From Sumerlaeia bacterium (lineage in GTDB: Bacteria; Sumerlaeota; Sumerlaeia; SLMS01; JAHLLQ01): a DNA stretch of 38,282 bases. The position numbers and the translations under genes are program-made. Location: the NCBI GenBank assembly GCA_040219255.1, contig JAVJSW010000013.1, positions 1 to 38,282 of the forward strand. The letters are read 5' to 3'. The notes beneath the pieces are model-generated. The model had not been told where the DNA came from, ran no database searches, and saw only the letters and a list, made by a program, of their open reading frames with translations. Within the stretch, counting starts at the first letter, position 1. Every line of letters starts with the position of its first letter. Positions 34,734-38,282 of the stretch are shown here, in pieces.

Positions 34734-34990
34734 CCTTCAACCACCGAGTGCAACAGAGGACAGAGTTTTCACAGAGGTTGCCAAACCTGATTGGCCGGAT
34801 TGGTCAGTCAGCCGATCAAAATCAATGAACGGAACAATCGATCATCTCGGCTTCCGTTCCGATCTTGCAAGAACGAGTTGCCGTTTGCCAGTCGCTCATC
34901 CAAGAGCTGGGGCTTGGCTCTGACTCCGCTCAACTTTAGGAGCACGAAGCATCTCTGCGTGCTCTGCGGCTCTGCGGTGATTCTTGAAGG
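34734..34990. repeat. Intergenic fold-back element (CACCRCAGAG subtype)
   Basis: Left CCTTCAACCACCGAG...CAGAG x3; right end reverse complement CCTTCAAGAATCACCGCAGAGCCGCAGAGCACGCAGAG; lower-GC core. Confidence 0.7.
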
Positions 34991-35014
34991 GGCACGGCGG
35001 CGCCTCACCTCGCC

Positions 35015-35602
35015 TTACCCCGCGTAGTGCCGCACGATCAGGTCGTTTTGAATCCAGAGGAGCTTGGTAAACGCCAGGGCGGCGGCGGTGCGGGTGTCGT
35101 GATCCACGTCGGCTTTCATGATGACGTCCACAAAGGCGGCGGCCACAAAGCCCATCAGCGCGTTCATCTGGACCAGCGGGATGTTCAGGTCCGGGTTGCC
35201 GGCCTTCGGCGTATGGATGCGGCCGACCATGTCGAGGAAATCGACCATCTTGGCGTCGTAGGGCGCGGTGACGAGGCGCTTGAGATAGCCGCCCAGGTGG
35301 TGCTTGCGGAACTTGATCTGCTCGTGGTCGAGGCTCAGTTCCTCCAGGGTCGCGGGCACTTCGCCCTCGTAACCGTGCTGGCGGATGACGAAGTGGCGTT
35401 TGGTGGCGTCGTAGGTGAAGAGCTTCTCGTAAACGGCATCGACGATGGCGGGCACGAGCGGCGCCAGGATCGGGGCGCAGGCGTGGATGACCCGAATGTC
35501 GGCTTCGCCAAAGCCCATGAAGTCGCACAGGTAATCGAAGCGGTAGGCCAAATCTTCCTCGAGCCGGGTTTCGTCGATGTGTTTCAGGGGAGCGGTCGCC
35601 AT
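35015..35602 (-). CDS. Stand-alone protoglobin / sensor-globin-like protein
   Basis: RFDYL..F.GF...D, IVDAVYEKL (B10 Tyr), VGRIH (proximal His), AFTKLLWIQNDL. Confidence 0.8.
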   Translation of the reverse strand: MATAPLKHIDETRLEEDLAYRFDYLCDFMGFGEADIRVIHACAPILAPLVPAIVDAVYEKLFTYDATKRHFVIRQHGYEGEVPATLEELSLDHEQIKFRKHHLGGYLKRLVTAPYDAKMVDFLDMVGRIHTPKAGNPDLNIPLVQMNALMGFVAAAFVDVIMKADVDHDTRTAAALAFTKLLWIQNDLIVRHYAG

Positions 35603-35729
35603 GGTGGGGGTGCCTCTTTTCGTTTTGGAAGAGTGGGGCGAACGGAATGGCCGCCCGGGGCGGTCCAAGTACGCAGGCATCGTTCCGGGTGGGCAAGAAC
35701 TAAGATATAGGAGATTTCGGAAGTCCGAT

Positions 35730-37529
35730 TTACGAGGACTTCGGAAAGACCGTCTGGACCACCACCCCCGCCGCCACCAACTCCTCTTCAGCCGCAAAGA
35801 CGGAAAGCCGATCCCACTGGTTTTCGGCCCCGGGCGCGATCAGCAGGGTGCGGACGCCGCGGGCCTGGAGGAAGGCGGCGACGCTGTCGGCGGCGGCTTC
35901 GCGGGAATCGGCGTGGTCCTCCGCCAAGACCCGGTCGGCCGGCCAGTTGGCGGGGTCGAGGAGGGATTTGAGGAACGGCGCCTCGGCGAAGGCGGCTTCG
36001 ACCCGCGCGTGTGGGATGCGGGCGTGGGTGCCGAAGACGATGGGCTGGCCGTGCTGGATTTGCCAGAGCGAAGCGCGATAGTTCACATACGCCGCCGGCA
36101 GCACCCAGACGGCGCCGCCGCGCTCGGCGATGGCGTGGACGGTGGCATCGTCGAGCCGGTAGGGCGGGGCTCCCACATCGGTCACGACGGGGAGGAAGCG
36201 GGCTTCGAGCAGCACGATCAGCACCACCGCCACCCAAATCCCCCAGGCCGCGCGGCCCCATCGCCTCCAGGCTTCTTCGAGCCCGTGCCCCGCCGCCAGC
36301 ATCGCGGCCAGCAGGACGAAGAGGATGTAGCGCTCGGGCACCCGGATGTTGTCGACCACCGGCAGCAGCCGCGTCACCCGGTAGGGCAGCGGGCAAATCA
36401 TTCGCCCGCCGACGGTAAGCCATTCGCTGAGGACGCACAGCAGGCCAAGAACCCCCACCACGAGCCAGAGACGGACGAAGGGGTCCTTGAGGTCCGCTCG
36501 CAATCGCCTCCCCCGCAGCAGCAACAACGCTGCACCGGCGCTCAGCCCCCAGCCAACATACCCAACGCCATCGCCCCCGTCGATGCCTCGGGCGGTGCGG
36601 AGCGCGTGGAGCTTTGATCCCGCCAGCCAGTGGTAATCGCTGGGCAGAAGCAGGTTCGCGACATCGTGCACGCGGCGTTCAAAGGCCGACGCCACCATGA
36701 AGTCCGCCGAACCATAGAGCATCGCGAGCGGCGCCAGATGCAGCGCCGCCAACCCCAGGAACGACCCCCAGAAGGCCGCCGCCGCCCGGCCCAGATCGCC
36801 CGCGGTGAATTGGCGGCCGATCCTCTGGCACAGCGCCAGGACGATCCAGAACAGCCCGGCGAAGACGCCGTAGGTTTGGTCGTTGAGAAAAGCGAGAGCC
36901 GTCAGCACCCCCGCCAACGCCCAGGCCCGCACAGAACCCTTGGCCCGGAACGCGGCCCAGGACTGGACGGTGATGGCCCAGAAAAGAAACTCCGTCCCGA
37001 CCAGATTCAAGTGCCCATACATCGCGAAGAGCCGTGCGTGACAGAAGGTGACGGCCAGGCTCAGCAGCAAGACAACCGGCCAGCGCCTCAACCCCGCCAT
37101 GCGGCAGAGCGCCACCAGCGCCAGGCCGCTGGCCACAGAGGCCCACAGCATCAGCAGGTTGTACCCGAGCACGAGCCCGCCGAACGGGTCCCGCCCGGCC
37201 AGCAGGTCAAGCACCGGCCGCACAATCAGCAGCAGTTGGCCGTAAAGCCAGGTGTGGGTGTGAAAGAGGAACGGGAGCCCATCGGGCGCGTACTGTACGC
37301 CGCAGCGGCCGAGCGCCCAGCCGTCCTGGCCCACCCACCACAGGTTCCAGAGGAACATCATGTTGTCGCCCTCCCACCCGGGGATAAGGCGGGCGGGAGC
37401 GGAGAAGACGGGCCAGGTGGCCCAGAGGTGGAATGTGGCGAAGAGGCTTCCCGCGATCAAGTACCAAAGCTTATTTGGATCGGGGGGGGGGGGGATTTCC
37501 TTAGTTAGGGCTCCATTCGCGCCGTTCAT
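35730..37529 (-). CDS. Polytopic membrane protein, GT-C/YfhO-like glycosylation candidate
   Basis: GDN...WNLWW, YAPDG, GHLNL, YVG, RVPERY motifs; many TM segments; ATGA coupling to NUDIX gene. Confidence 0.65.
   Translation of the reverse strand: MNGANGALTKEIPPPPDPNKLWYLIAGSLFATFHLWATWPVFSAPARLIPGWEGDNMMFLWNLWWVGQDGWALGRCGVQYAPDGLPFLFHTHTWLYGQLLLIVRPVLDLLAGRDPFGGLVLGYNLLMLWASVASGLALVALCRMAGLRRWPVVLLLSLAVTFCHARLFAMYGHLNLVGTEFLFWAITVQSWAAFRAKGSVRAWALAGVLTALAFLNDQTYGVFAGLFWIVLALCQRIGRQFTAGDLGRAAAAFWGSFLGLAALHLAPLAMLYGSADFMVASAFERRVHDVANLLLPSDYHWLAGSKLHALRTARGIDGGDGVGYVGWGLSAGAALLLLRGRRLRADLKDPFVRLWLVVGVLGLLCVLSEWLTVGGRMICPLPYRVTRLLPVVDNIRVPERYILFVLLAAMLAAGHGLEEAWRRWGRAAWGIWVAVVLIVLLEARFLPVVTDVGAPPYRLDDATVHAIAERGGAVWVLPAAYVNYRASLWQIQHGQPIVFGTHARIPHARVEAAFAEAPFLKSLLDPANWPADRVLAEDHADSREAAADSVAAFLQARGVRTLLIAPGAENQWDRLSVFAAEEELVAAGVVVQTVFPKSS
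37482..37494 (-). repeat. C13 homopolymer tract in the 5' coding region
   Basis: 13 consecutive G on + strand, encoding I-P-P-P-P on the minus strand. Confidence 0.9.
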
Positions 37530-38041
37530 TTCGCGAAGGCCAGCGCGGTGTAGACCTTGGGGTCGATGTAAAGCCCCTGGCGATAACGATCCGCGAGCCA
37601 GTCGAAGACCTCCGCGAGGGGCACGACGTGGACGGCGATGTCTTCGTGTTCGTCGCCGCCGCCGTCGCCAACGCGGCGGACGCCGACGGCGCGGTAGAAG
37701 TGGATGACTTCGTCGCTGATGCCGGCGCTCGATGGCCCGGCGGTCAGGAATTCCATGGAGTCGGCGGCGTAGCCGGTTTCTTCCTCCAGCTCGCGCAGGG
37801 CGGCCTTTTCAAAGGCCTCCTCCTCGCTGCCGGCGGTGTCGCCCGCCAGGCCCGCGGGGACTTCGATGCAGCGGCGCCCGACGGATTTGCGGAGTTGCTC
37901 GACCAGGACGATCTCGCGCTCTGGCGTCACCGCCAGGATCGCCACCACGCCCGAACTGTAGGCCCGCATGGCGAACTCCCAGCCGTCCAACTCGATCAGC
38001 TTCAGGTGTTTAGCTTCGTAGAGCGTGCGCGGTTCGGCCAT
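37526..38041 (-). CDS. NUDIX hydrolase (ADP-ribose pyrophosphatase-like)
   Basis: LVEQLR, EVPAGL...AALRELEEETGY, SAGISDE. Confidence 0.92.
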   Translation of the reverse strand: MAEPRTLYEAKHLKLIELDGWEFAMRAYSSGVVAILAVTPEREIVLVEQLRKSVGRRCIEVPAGLAGDTAGSEEEAFEKAALRELEEETGYAADSMEFLTAGPSSAGISDEVIHFYRAVGVRRVGDGGGDEHEDIAVHVVPLAEVFDWLADRYRQGLYIDPKVYTALAFAK

Positions 38042-38152
38042 GGCGGGAGGCGTCCTTCCGGGTTTCAGAATTTGGACTCGGTCCTTAGTCCTTCGCCTCG
38101 CCGCGCGGGGCAACGAGATTGCCGCGGGGGGATGGAATCGCCCAGGACCTTC

Positions 38153-38281
38153 TCAAAGTAATCTCCCCGGTTTTCTCCTCAGCTTCAGCAGCCTCAGCGC
38201 CTTCTTCGGCGCCGCCCGAAGCCGCGTTTGTTTCGCCCGCACGCTCGGGCCCTCAATCCACCGGTAGAGCCCCACGCACAG
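38153..38281 (-). CDS. 3' end of a gene running off the window, possibly acyltransferase family 3
   Basis: Own translation LCVGLYRWIEGPSVR...RLL*; (S/L)YRWIExP is typical of the acyltransferase-3 last TM. Confidence 0.45.
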   Translation of the reverse strand: MCVGLYRWIEGPSVRAKQTRLRAAPKKALRLLKLRRKPGRLL

Positions 38282-38282
38282 G

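Noticed and set aside
34700-35010. Lasso/RiPP precursor peptide upstream of pqqD
   Set aside because: Short ORFs here lack an RBS and a YxxPxL...T leader motif and overlap the repeat element.

Overview
High-GC (roughly 65% by eye) bacterial chromosome segment of about 33 protein-coding genes. I found no rRNA, tRNA, CRISPR array, integrase or transposase. The gene style suggests a PVC/Sumerlaeota-like environmental lineage, but this is unverified. Housekeeping-type genes (bifunctional Rel, CarD-like, YmdB-like phosphoesterase, SufS-SufE fusion, NUDIX, sugar kinase) alternate with envelope/glycan genes and accessory modules. Main points: (1) a family of intergenic fold-back elements (four complete, one partial), each with related ACC(G/A)C(A/G)GA-type inverted ends around a different AT-rich core; (2) a tandemly duplicated small-protein/PIN module with a non-canonical active site, coupled to an orphan PtuA-like ABC ATPase, a candidate defence system; (3) a 67-bp palindromic direct repeat bracketing a 3.9-kb ankyrin/acyltransferase/membrane-ECF block; (4) a RES toxin placed upstream of its Xre/MbcA-like antitoxin; (5) a C13 tract in a membrane glycosylation gene; (6) several fusions or degenerate enzymes (SufS-SufE, M50-UVR, LarA-like without the cofactor lysine, CarD without the wedge Trp). 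All calls come from motif reading by eye; no database searches were run.
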